In this document: one piece after another, positions 30,521 to 43,010 of the stretch | How the letters are laid out: each line of letters begins with the position of its first letter | Position numbering within the stretch: position 1 is the stretch's first letter | Source: Lobosporangium transversale | Lineage: Eukaryota | DNA length: 64,000 nucleotides | Direction of reading: 5' to 3' | Assembly: GCF_002105155.1 (NCBI RefSeq) | Contig: NW_019028981.1 | Span: 372,001 to 436,000, forward strand | Made by a program: the position numbers and the translations under genes | The notes under the pieces: generated by a model | Database searches by the model: none | Told to the model about the DNA's origin: nothing | The model's input: only the letters and a program-made list of their open reading frames with translations

Positions 30521-32792
30521 AAAACGCTACGGCAGTTGATTCTTTCTTGTCATACTTTTTATGCTTTATTACATTATTGAGCCAAGGGACATATACCTGG
30601 GTTAATAAAATAAATATACTGCACTCTGAACAGATATAAGAATAACTCATCGGAGTAAAAAATAAAATAAAATAAATGTGCAACTGTTCCTTCTCATGCT
30701 TCGATATATAATTATAAATGAACAGGGTTTCCGTGTTCACATGCTTCATATTGTGATGCCCTGTGGTCTGTTAGTCTGTTAGTCTGTTGATCTCTTGTTG
30801 TCATCAAAAGAGAGAAAACAGTATATAAATATATATACAATAATGGACACAATAAGATTCTAGCTTATAATAAAGTCAAGCAAAAAAAACTTGAACAATG
30901 TGACAAGAAGGATCTACCATTGTGTATATAAAATATATGCTTAGATAGACTGTTTGAGTTTTAAAAAAAAAAAAAACAACGGTTGGTTGCTCCATGTTTG
31001 CAATTACATAGAACAACGATAAAAAGAATGATCAAATATAAAAAGAGGATTTGAAATGAAAGATTACCCAAGACTAGGGCAAGGATGATATAATCGCCAC
31101 ATTATATATATATATATACTAAAGAACAAGAATTATTTTCGTTGATCGAAACGAAAAACAAAAATATTATCGTTTCCTTGGCAACACTGACAAGGGCAAT
31201 CTAATAAACAAAAACAAACCAAATGACCTGTAAACAAAAGAACCACATCTGTGAACAAGTGAACAGGCCGCCTTTTCTCTATTTCTGCCTCCATGTGTTC
31301 ACACGCAAAGCACCACTCAAACGGCAATGGGCAATGGGCAATGGAGCAATACACCAGCCAGCCCCTGAAAAAAAAAAACAAGAGAAGAAATCTCAGCCAA
31401 GGTTCATGTACTTTGGATAGTACACAACAAATGTATACATGAATAAAACAAGTCTTTTAATTTATTATTAATAATAATTAAAAAAACAACAACACCATTT
31501 ACATGTATATTTATATATAATGTCTATAATATGAAGTCTGCATGGTTAATTACGATGATTGTATATATAATTTTGAGACTCATAAAAGAATATTATATCT
31601 TTGTATATTGTATTTATAATAGAATATAATGCTATCGCCATTTCATCGCATCCAGTATTATGGGCGCACAGCAGGTCCTGGAAATAAAAAACCCTTTCTC
31701 CTGTGGCACCTATTTTGCATGCAGTGATCGAGGAATTAGTGTAAAACACACCGATTGCACATTCTCATGCTAACCTGTCTTGTTGCACATTGATGCGCCC
31801 CCCTCCACTGTCCCACCGTTGTAAACTAGACAGAAACATAACCACAAAGCTTTTTTTCTTTAATCATAAAAAAGCCCTTGATGTAAGATTTTATAAAAGT
31901 TAGGGTGTATAAGATGTATATATATACATATATTTATATTATACTTTATAATCTATATCCTCATTCAATAGCCCTTTCACATGGACCCATTCCTTTCTCC
32001 AATAAATGCAAAACGAGATATGGCTTGGAGATATCGTTTATCAACCTCTCATCAGTACAGTATCAGAACGGCCTTGGTGTTTCTTCGGTCCTTTTTGTAT
32101 TTTTTGTACGACCAACAGAAAAGGGAGGGAGGAAAGATAAAAAAAAAGGGAGTAGGAAAGCAAGAACATGCCCAACCCATTTCCTGACCATTGTTGACCC
32201 GAAGGGGAGGCACTACCCATCACAAATAGGAACGAGAATAGGAAAAGAGTAGGATTCGGGGGAGGAACTGGGAGTGGGAAACTATTGATTCAAAGGCGAT
32301 TTTTTTTTTTTTTTTTTTTTTGTCCCTCATGCCCGATCGGTCGTTTTTTCTCTTGTGGTCAGTGTTAAACTTTTTTCAATAATTTTTTTTTTTTTTTTTT
32401 TTTTTTTGGAATAACCCATGCATAATGCATGGACGTAGAATAATGTAAATCTAAAATGGCCTGCAGCTTCGTAAACACGGAGGATTGTGTGGTGCGGAGT
32501 ATGGACCATGGGCAATAGACCCAAGATGGTTCCTTCAGTAGCCCACTCGTGCTGGTCTCAAAGGCAAAGGAAGCCTAATAGGAGTAAAACCATCATACAT
32601 TATATGAGTTAATCAACAATAATGCATCGCTGACAAAGAAGGAGACAGATGTTTCCTTTGCTTACATTAAAAATGCAGGATAAACATCGTTTGACTGAAT
32701 ACATGTAAGCATCTGCAGACGACCGCACACATTTTTTTATTTTTTATATATTATATGGGTAAATACATGTATAGATATATATATATAACTTT

Positions 32793-34759
32793 TTAGTATC
32801 TCCAACTGTTTGAAGTTGACACCAAGTTTTTTTTTAAAATAGATTACGAATTACATTAATAAAAAAGAAAAAGAAAGCATGATCAGTCACACACATTCCA
32901 AACAACACAGCTCACATCAGTCAACAATAACACAGCACAGCACCGCGATCTAAACTTACATTTTTAGTGTTTTATCCTTGCTTCCACTAGCGGCTTTATC
33001 TCCAGAAGGACTCCAATCCACTGTGAAGACCTCATCGAGATGTCCAGGTAGTTCCATCTTCATTTTTTTAGTCTTAATATCCCATAACTTGATGGTACTA
33101 TCTTTACTGCAAGAGAGTAGCATCCTACTATCACTAGACCACACAACTTGGTATACTTCTGCCACATGTCCACGAAGAGATGCAATAAACCTTACAAAAA
33201 AAAAAAAAAAAAAAAAAAAGTACAAGCCCATACATATTAGAATCCTATCTTAGCTGACTAATCACCAAAACGCTAGTGTCAAAGAAAACTTACTTTCCAT
33301 CACGACTATCCCAAATCTTCACAGATTTATCAAAACTAGCCGAAGCAATGTACCGTCCATCGGGTGAGAAGCTGACATGGTTGACTGTCTTTTGGTGACC
33401 AACCATCCTCTTTGGCGCAGCCTTCTTTCCATCCACTTCCTCCTTTTTGTTGGGCCATAAGTACATTGTAAAATCATCTGAGCCAGAGCATAACCGCTCT
33501 GGGTTGAGAGCAATGGCTTGTTCATAGCGCTGAAGTGCCCTCTTCTGTGCTTCGTTCTCATCGCTAAAAGTCCTTCCTGTATGATCATGAGCGCCCGTTC
33601 TGAGAACCCCATCAGTGCTGAGTGCCAATGTTGTTACCCAATGAGCATGCCCTGTGAGCACCTTCACTAACTTTCCTGGATGAGGTTCTGTCGATGACCA
33701 GACCTTAATGGTCTTATCGCGCGAAGCAGAGTAGATTAAACCATCACCAGCCCACTTCACACACATGACAGGAGCCGTATGCTGCGCCATTGAGAACTCG
33801 AGTTGTTTCTTGACAACATCCCAGACACGCACTGTGCCATCCGCGGATGAAGAAGCAAGCCTTCTGCAAGAGGCATTCCTGTCAGACGCAGATATTCAGA
33901 TGGTGATTACATTTTAAAATAAATAAAGAAATGTGATGTAAAGTAATTAATGTCACTCCTCGTAATATTATCCATCACTTTTATCGTAATGGCGAACATT
34001 TGATACAAATTGCAAACAAAGGAATTGCTTACAGATGCAAAGGCTCCCATGCCAAACCACTCACCCACTTGGAGTGACCCTTCAATGCCGCGTGCTGCTT
34101 TCCTGTCCTTGGCTCCCATATGATGACTTGCCCATCCATGCCTGCAGTAGCCAAATATTTCCCATTCGGGGACCATGATACATGCTGTACCCAGTGTTTA
34201 TGACCTTTCAGTAAATGATGTGGTGTTTCCGTGTTGAGATCCCAGATCCGGATATTGGTATCACCGCCTCCGCTGGCAAGCATAGTTCCACACGGTGAGA
34301 AGGACACACAAAGAATCGCATCTGTGTGACCTGTGAGAGAAGAGGAACACCGAGTGACCGCACGAACCCTGAAAACTGCCTGAGGGCGATAGATAATCCT
34401 GAAGATCTCTTCTGTAGAATGCTTTCCTGGTTGAATAATATCCTGATCCAATGTATTGCCGATTTCTGTTTCTGCGACTTCGAACGTATATGGTAAAGGA
34501 TCCTCTTCCTGCAATGATGTCCAATAGCATCAAAAAAGAAAGAAAGAATGATATTTCCATTTAATCTGATTATACATTACGACATTTGTCTTAACAAAAA
34601 ACAATAAAGCTGCCTTTCTATGCATACATTGCCAAGCAAGCTATTGAGCAAAAGAGCCAGCTGTTCTGGGTTTATGTCAACAGGCAAACTCAGAGCAGGG
34701 CCCGAAGAGACTCCCTCCTCGCTGTAGAACTGAGCAATGACATTTGGCTTGTCCGTCAT
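32793..34759 (-). CDS. RSA4: Ribosome assembly protein Rsa4 / Notchless homolog (NLE + WD40)
   Basis: NLE domain (QLALLLNSLL, STEEIFRIIYRPQAVFRVRAVTRCSSSLTGH), WD repeats (GHAHWVTTLALSTD, SGSDDFTMYLW, LRGHVAEVYQV, LPGHLDEVFTVDWSPSG) and a tiny last exon (I)WRY* with stop at 32793-32795. Confidence 0.95.
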
Positions 34760-34845
34760 GTTGGTATATGTCTGAATGGAGAAGGGAAGGAGAACTGGTA
34801 TGGAGGGACATATACCTGACTGTGCCTCTCATGTATTACTTATTG

Positions 34846-34878
<33 letters not shown>

Positions 34879-35545
34879 AAAAGTCAGGAGAGCAGTCCCT
34901 TATCATGTGACATAACTTCCGCCAGCGCACGAACCATGCTGAAGTTTAATTCATAAACTAAGCTTGAGGATGTCATCATGGCCTCGTGCAATCTGCTCAC
35001 GGTGTGCTTCGCACGGAGCTTTTTTTTTTTTCTCTTACGAGGGGAAACACAGCAAACCAACAGCTAACGCTCTTTTCAATAATGAGTTCTTATAAATCAT
35101 AGGCATACCTGGCTGTCGTCGAAAAAGCTTACAAGTTAGATATTTCTTTGCTGTTACTACAGATTATGCAGATTAAGTCAACCGCTATCATGCGCAATAA
35201 TGGTCACAATAGGGATGTTAAAAGGGATATTTCCGACAAATATGGCTTCTGGCCTCCATTGTACTTTCTAAGACAATTCTAAATAAATCTTTCTTTTTAG
35301 ACATTTCGACACAATGAACCGGATCCATGGATTGTGGGAAGACGATCGGGTAAGCAGGCCTTGGGAGATTGTATGATGAAGCGATCTCCAAAAACTGCAA
35401 AGTTCTTTTTTTTTTTCTTGTTTCACTTGCAGTGTCAGGTGCTTTGCTTTTCAAGTAAGCCCTTGTTGTTGCACCTTCGATCACCACCTTACCTCTTCTT
35501 TCTTACAATAATTTAATACATGTACTTTGTCCTTGACCCTTCTCG

Positions 35546-37270
35546 ATGGACGAAACTGTCATCAGCCCATTCTCACCGGTACCTGGAGCCTCTCCGAATG
35601 CGGAGTCATTCTCTACTGGCGTATTCCCAGCCATAAACAAGGAAATACCCAACACTGATTTCTTGCCTTTAGATCGACATGGTTCTGAACAATCATCGCA
35701 AGCACAACAAACGTATCTTCAGCCTCCGCAGTTACCACTCTTACTCCAACAGCCTTCCCTATCACCTCCTCCGTCACCACCACAATTACAGTTGCAATTG
35801 CAACCTCAAAGTAACACTACAAAAAAAAGAAGACGACATCGCCGGTGGCCCTTGGTAGGTCGACTTTTTGGGAGGAAAAAAAATTCAACCGAGAATTTAA
35901 ATATACCAAACCATCAGTCACGGATTGTCACCACTGAATACAATAGTTCGAATAGTAACATTGTCCAGCATGGCGGTCATGGAGGCATCAACGTCATTGA
36001 AGCTGTGAATAGTTCGAATGCACAACCAGCGATTCAGGAAGGAGAAGCTATGCCGAATCCTCCAACGTTTGTTAGTGATGGCGGAGAAAGCAGCAGTGCT
36101 CTCAGTAGTTATCGCTCAAGCCTTACTGGCGATCCCAAGGCGTCCCCGTCTCCCTTTCATCGAGCACCCTCGTCATCCTTACCGGAAGTTACAGATGGGG
36201 CATCCTTTCATCATTCACATCAGCGACGAGATAGTAGCGGCCCTTTGAAAGATAGTGGTGCAGTAGTTGAAGAAGTGGACATAAATGATGAGGATGAAGT
36301 GAGTGCGCCTATTATGACGACTATCATGACATCCAATGGCCATTGTCAAGCTCTAGTGGTGCCCCCCAAAGCACCCCCACAGAGTCGCGGGCCTCAGCAG
36401 TCGCATGAGCCCAAGCAACCTAAGAGCATCCTCAAGAAACCTACTTCCATACAAATGACTCCACCCACGCTTAACAAGAACACAATAACCCCTAGAGTCT
36501 CCTCATTTCTACCTACTACAACTGGCCCTAGAGCTCACCCTTTAACTCGGTTACCCGTCTCAGTTTCAAATCAGCAGCATCGATCTATGCTGCGCCCATC
36601 ACTTGATCGCATTGGACCATATGTCCACTACAGCTCCCAAGATGTGACAATCCAGCCAGATTATATACCTGGTATTCAATCCAATGTGTACGATAGTCGA
36701 GGCGGAGAGCGACCTCAGGGTATGGTGGATAGTTATCCTGCTGGCGCTGATGATTGTGAGACTAATATGCAACAACAAGAGCAACAATCCATGACTCCTT
36801 TTAACGTTCGAGCCAATAATCTTTCAATGCAGTATCAGCCTAACCCATACAGCTCTGATCTTTCTCCACAACAACAGCAGTGCTTGTCTGATCAACAAAA
36901 CTCTGTGGTTGATTCAATGAGCAATAGCAACCATTCGGCAACAACGATGAGGCGTGAACGGGCTGCCTACATCTATAGTAGCAATGGCCATAACTATAAT
37001 GACCTCTTTGGGGCACCTAAATATCAGAACCAGAGCCAAGGCCAGAATCATAGGCAGAGGGATGGCAGAAAAGAAGTAAAATTCATGGATATAGTCGAGT
37101 TTATTCCCGCACATCGCAATGCAGAATATAACCGACGGGCAGATGAGAATGCTACCTTCAAGAAACTGACTACGGCAATGAAGTCTGAAATCAAAGACGA
37201 GCTTAATAGCTACAAGATGAAGGAGATGATGGTGCATGTTCAGAGTATGGGGAACACTGCATTCCATTAA
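35546..37270 (+). CDS. Bni4/Phactr-like protein phosphatase 1 regulatory protein
   Basis: Single-exon 574-aa ORF with a disordered body and a C-terminal KEVKF...EYNRR...LTTAMKSEIKDELNSYKMKEMMVHVQSMGNTAFH, resembling the Bni4/Phactr PP1-binding tail. Confidence 0.75.
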   Translation: MDETVISPFSPVPGASPNAESFSTGVFPAINKEIPNTDFLPLDRHGSEQSSQAQQTYLQPPQLPLLLQQPSLSPPPSPPQLQLQLQPQSNTTKKRRRHRRWPLVGRLFGRKKNSTENLNIPNHQSRIVTTEYNSSNSNIVQHGGHGGINVIEAVNSSNAQPAIQEGEAMPNPPTFVSDGGESSSALSSYRSSLTGDPKASPSPFHRAPSSSLPEVTDGASFHHSHQRRDSSGPLKDSGAVVEEVDINDEDEVSAPIMTTIMTSNGHCQALVVPPKAPPQSRGPQQSHEPKQPKSILKKPTSIQMTPPTLNKNTITPRVSSFLPTTTGPRAHPLTRLPVSVSNQQHRSMLRPSLDRIGPYVHYSSQDVTIQPDYIPGIQSNVYDSRGGERPQGMVDSYPAGADDCETNMQQQEQQSMTPFNVRANNLSMQYQPNPYSSDLSPQQQQCLSDQQNSVVDSMSNSNHSATTMRRERAAYIYSSNGHNYNDLFGAPKYQNQSQGQNHRQRDGRKEVKFMDIVEFIPAHRNAEYNRRADENATFKKLTTAMKSEIKDELNSYKMKEMMVHVQSMGNTAFH

Positions 37271-38073
37271 TAATAATAATAATGATAATGATGGTGATGA
37301 TGGTAATGATGATAATAACATATATAAAATATTAGTATATATATATATTGATCAATTATGTTATTATATAATTAGCATTGCAACGACTTTAACAGAAAGT
37401 GTGGGGTGGCACGGTTGCACAAACAGAAAAATCTAATTGAGGAAATCAATGGTAATCACCATTTTTTTTATTTGATCCATCTCCCTTTGACTATTACAGT
37501 ATACATGTATGTATATATTATATATATGTATACATTTTCATGATTGTAAAAGATCATTTCTGTATTCTGCCTATAGACTAGAATATACTTTTTTTCCCAC
37601 TGTATAGTACATGTACAACATGGACTAGGCTGCATGTCCTGTGAGGAAGAGGATCCAGAGAAATAGTAAGTCAGATCTGGTCATGGCTCTTATATGCCCT
37701 TTCGCCTCTTAAGATGTCTAGAGGCATAAGCTCCGCTTTCATTTTTCTCAGCCCTCCTTGTCTTTTTCTTTTTCCTTTTTCCTTTTAAAGCTGAGATTCA
37801 AAAGCCGAAATAAAACACTGGGCAAATCATAGAAAACTTTGCCGAGACCGTAGTCTTTCATTGACCAAGTCTCTGACAAATCCACACACATATATATACC
37901 GTGTGATTCACTTTGGATCTAGTCTGATATCCCCTGGCTCCGACGAAGCAACGTCTTTTTTTATTTGGTCCTTTCCTCTTTTTCTTTTACCTTCATTCTC
38001 TCTCTCATTCTCCCCCCTCCCCCTTCAGCCGTTCCTTCGCTCCGCCATCTATCCCCACACATATACCATATAT

Positions 38074-39709
38074 ATGATGGCGACCTCTCCTCTTAAAGAG
38101 CAGTCCACCGTGAATCTTTCGCTTGAAAAAAAGCTTTCTCAGACAGGATCATCAACAACTATCTCCAGTGACGGTATTCATGCAGACAACAAGGAACGAG
38201 GCTATTCTGAGGGCGGAGATCTCCTTGCAGAGAGACCATCTCAGGGTAGTAACTTTTCAGCATTCTTTAACATCGTCTGTGTTGTTGCAGGGACAGGAAC
38301 CTTGGGTTTACCCTTCAGTCTAGCCAAAGGTATACATACAGAATAACATCCTTGGTTTTCCCAAGTATAATTTTTTTGTTTTTGTTTTTGTCGGAAAGTT
38401 CCAGCCTCTAACGTTAAACATTGTTTTTCTTTTTTGTCCAATTATAGGTGGCTGGATTGGTGTAGGCATTCTAGTCTTGTCGATGGCCATGTCCATCTAT
38501 ACGGGTATTTTGATCATCAAATGCATTTATTACAATGGACACACTCGTCTTGCTTCATATCAGGAGATTGGTCAACATGCATTCGGAAGGATCGGTCTGA
38601 TCGCTGTCTGGTTCTTCCACACATCGATCGTCTTGGGAGCACCAGTCATGTACTTCATCTTGTCTGGCACAGAGATCCATGGATTGACAAGTTCCCGCGT
38701 CAATGTTTCGGAAACAGCTTGGATCTGGATCTGTTGTGGTGCCGTATCTATTCCTTTTGTGCTCATGAAGACGTTGAAGGAGGTTTCACTTTTGAGGTAA
38801 AGGGACTATATATATTTTCGTTATTTTTCTCACGTCTTCCTAAAAATATCAGTATCGCATTAAAGGAATGATCGGAATTGATCGCTGTTACCGTTGATCC
38901 AATGATTTACTGGGAAATGTTTGCTTTTGTATTTCAATAGTATTTTCGGCGCCATTGCTACTGCAGTCTTGGTCGTTGTGACGATGGTAGAGTCCGGGAT
39001 CGACTACAAGAACCACAAGGATACGGTTCATTATGATGCTGTCATCCTACGTAATCTTCCCGTTGCAATCGCGACTATTTCTGTATGTTTTGGTGGCAAT
39101 GTTGTTTACATGCACGTCGAGGAATCTATGCGCTACCCACGTGCCTGGAATAAGGTTTTGACTTGGGCCGTAATCGTTTGCTGTGTCATGTACGCCATGG
39201 TCGCAATTCCTGGATATCTTACGTATGGTCCTAATGCTGCCTCGCCTATCCTGACATCTTTGCCTGAGGGTGCTTCGCGCAAAGTCGCTACCATCATGAT
39301 TGTTGCACATGTGCTTCTTGCTGCCCCAGTGTTAATGACATCGTTCGCACTTGAGGTAGAGCGCGTACTGAATGTGACTGTCGAGAAGCTAGGAGTTTTC
39401 AAGGAAAGATTCTATAGGACACTGATTCGACTGATCATTATGGGAGTAGTCGGAACAATCGCTTGCTTGGTTCCCTTTTTTGATTCACTCCTATCGCTAT
39501 TGGGAGCATTGGGCAACTGCATGTTGGTTTACGTATTACCGGTTACGTTTTATTGGAGGTTGATCGGTTGGAGACAAATGAGATGGTATGAATTGGTCTG
39601 GTGCGGGCTTATCTTGGTCATTGGTATGCTGAGTTGTGTCATTGGATCTATCGATGCGATCAGGGACTTGCACCGTGATTTTACTCAAGGACGTGACCAA
39701 GGGAAATGA
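38074..39709 (+). CDS. Amino acid/auxin permease (Aa_trans, AVT-like) transporter, 3 exons
   Basis: AFFNIVCVVAGTGTLGLPFSLAK|GGW, SYQEIGQHAFG, FGGNVVYMHVEESMRYP and multiple TM helices. Introns 38330-38447 and 38797-38940. Confidence 0.92.
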
Positions 39710-42700
39710 GGGATGTCTTTTTTTCCCGTTATCCATTGGCCAATCTTTTTTTTTTTTTTTTTTCCTTTTTTGTATTATACATGGCATCTTTTTCTTTTTT
39801 AAAAAAAAAAACCTAATAAGATAGACTTTTCTAAACCCAATCAGCATGATTCCATTTCTTTCTTGCTTTTTTATTTTTTTTTATTTTTTTTTTATTTTGG
39901 TTTATCATCCTACAGTTCTTTTCAAGGCGTATGGACACATAAATGTAAATATATATAGGTTACACTGCCAAGCTTTTACTTATGCATGTATGATGCTGTG
40001 CAAATTCAAATTTTACCTTGAATAATATTGGTTAAAGTGTCAAACAAGGCCTTAATGCTACTCCAGGCCACGCGAAAACTTTTTTTTTTGGGGAGAAAAG
40101 GGATGAAGAGATTGAGGAAATTATGCAGACTTTTTTTTAGAAATGCATGGGATGGTTGATCTTTAACGTACATGATAGACTTTTTCAAGGACGAAAGATG
40201 AAGGTTAGGGACAAACTATTCTTATAAGTTTTCTGCGTCAATAATCGCTATTCTTTTATTCTCTGAATCAAAGAGTCCTTGTTGTACACACATATTTGTA
40301 CACGGACATTCTACGCCTTTTTTTTTTTTAGATCGTCGCGAGTCTTTAGGAAAAAAATATTGTTGCACCAGTAACGCTTTGCCAAGCCCTTTCTTCTTGA
40401 TTGACCAAGGGAAAAAACAAAAAAGGGTCAATTGCTCTCTTTTGTCTATCAAATATATATATATATCTATGTTTGTATTGTGTACCTCTCGAAGATGCAA
40501 GCGCACGGACCAAGAGAGCGATTGTTCACTTTACAACTCACTTCACATGTTGCCCCATCGCGATTAAAAGATTAGCTACAGACGACATTCCAATTCTTTT
40601 TATATTTGTCAGTAACTCATTTGTAAAGATTTAATAAAAACGATGGTTGAATTGATTTGGTGGCTGATATTTTGAACTTACAACAACCAAATTAATGGCT
40701 CCTTCCAGTACATTTAAATAAAGATCTGTAAGTGGAGACAGAATGTAAAAAGAGGAAAAGGAAAGCGCCAGCGGCTCGTGATTGAAGAAGGATTCATTAT
40801 ATGTAAGTCCAAAATCCCACTCTTTTTGTTTAGGAAGGTTATGTCGAGGATTATTTTTTAAGCATGCAAGAGAGACCCCAGCTCTTTTTTTTTTGAGAGA
40901 GAGAGAGAAAAAGAAAGAGATCGAGTATAGTTGTAGATATTTTGGCGTACATGTACCGTACATGATCGGGGAATTAATACAAACAACCTGGATCTTTTGC
41001 TAGCCATGTGCTGCCACAAATTGTGGGGAAAGTAGAGACGTGGGGTGTGAGCACTTGACAGAATAAAATAAACATTGCTTGAAGGGACGTTTAAAACTCA
41101 ATTTTGCCAAAAAGGTCAAGTCTATTGTAAAGTCAAAGCTACCATCATATGCTGCCAAGAATCCGAGGGTCAAGAGAGAAGGGAGTCGTAATTTATACTC
41201 ATAAAAAAAGAGAGAGAGAAGCCAAGATTTAATCTAAACATGGTTTTTGTGCACAGCTTGGCAAAAAATGGATTAATTGTCAATTAGAGTTAGTAGCACA
41301 CACAGCACACTAACTTCACATTAATATATTTAATATTACCATCAGACAATAAATGCTGACAGAACGAAACTTCTGGCCATAGCACAATGCAATATATAAA
41401 CATACTTATTTACTTCGTAGCCAAGCAATTATCACTTTGTATAGAGCTTGCTGACAGATTCATGTTATTTCCGTTGATTGCATTAATGCACGGTGAGTGT
41501 TCAGGCCGCACGAGAACGATAGATCGTGCGTAGCGCAAAAGAAAAATGAAGACGCGTTTGGTGGTACCAAATTTTTATCTTCAGTTTCTTGGCATTGTTC
41601 TACAAAAAGAGTAATGTGTTTCTTTGATTCCCCTTTCTCGTTTTTTCCCCTTTTTTCTTTGTTTTCATGTGCAAACGACCAAAGCACCCACGATGGGGAC
41701 ACGAACGCTGTATTTACCAGCCTAAATAACTATGACGAAATTCGATGTCCTTTGTCTTTTCTGTTTCAGAAACAGAGAGTGTTTATTCAAAGTTCGGTTT
41801 TTCAGTGTGGGTCAGGACCCTGTCATGTCCTGTCAAAAGGAGTGGGCTTCGCCTACAACTGTATATATATACAGATGTACACATGGCTTGGCAGCCCATG
41901 CGATCATAGTTTTGTTATATCTGTCGCTTTAGGCCAACATTTTATGTATTGTTGTTTACTCGGTGACATTTGTATTATATATATACTTTTGAATATCTAT
42001 ATATTCATTCACAAAAAACACGGACTAAAAAAAAACAGAGTTCTGCATCTGCATCGAACTACATCATCTGACGCGCCATGGATCACATATCGAAAGAAAC
42101 AAAAAAGCTTTGGGGTAAAAACAAGGACCGGTGTAGGCCATATTAATACGCCATGTTCACAAACCATTAGTTTAGTCACTTGAAATGATGAGAGATGGTT
42201 GGAGCATTCAATAATGGTATATACTCATCTACATACATGTACATGCGCATGAGGCGAATGCTTTCGCCTTCATTCCGTGCGAGCCTCTTCCGCTGGTTGG
42301 ACATGGATATTATTAGAGCCTATGAGTGGTGCGAAAGACCGTAACATCTGTATTGAATCGATGTTCACTTTTTATATTCCATATTTCATTTTCTCAGGTA
42401 CGTAATGTGCAACAATGTCAGTAAGATGTTCTGGAGTAGTTTATTAACTCTGTTAAGGTGGATAATGATAATAGAGCCAATACGATGTACAAATGGCATG
42501 AATATATATACATATATATATATATATAATAATATTATATATACATGCACAGGGCGATCGTAAACAAACAAAGGATCCAGTTTAAAGTGATACTTTTTTC
42601 TAATGGCACAACAGCGTGTCCTAGATCAATTCAATCAAAGTATAATATACCACGCCTTCTTTGTTTACAACACTAAACGAAGACGCAGAATGATCATCAC

Positions 42701-43010
42701 ATCTACACCTCATTCTGGACTGAATTGGGATAACCATCAAGGAAAAAAAAATAAAAAAGTACATAAAGAACCTCGATTTCACTTTTATTCCTTTTTTTTT
42801 TTTTTTTAACCGTTTTTGTTTTCAACTTGAGAAAAAAAATCGATTCCTTCTCATTCTCTCTCTCTTTCTTTTTCTTTTTTTGTTCTTATTCTTTTATCCT
42901 GCATTGTATATTTCCTTAACTCCCCTCCACTCTCTCCTTCACTCTTCATATATCAGTGTCTCATAAGCACCAACCAATTACTTCGTCTTTATACTATCTA
43001 TCCTTTTACA

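Noticed and set aside
41497..42183. 228-aa ORF upstream of the P450
   Set aside because: GTG start, composition like non-coding DNA and no recognisable motif.
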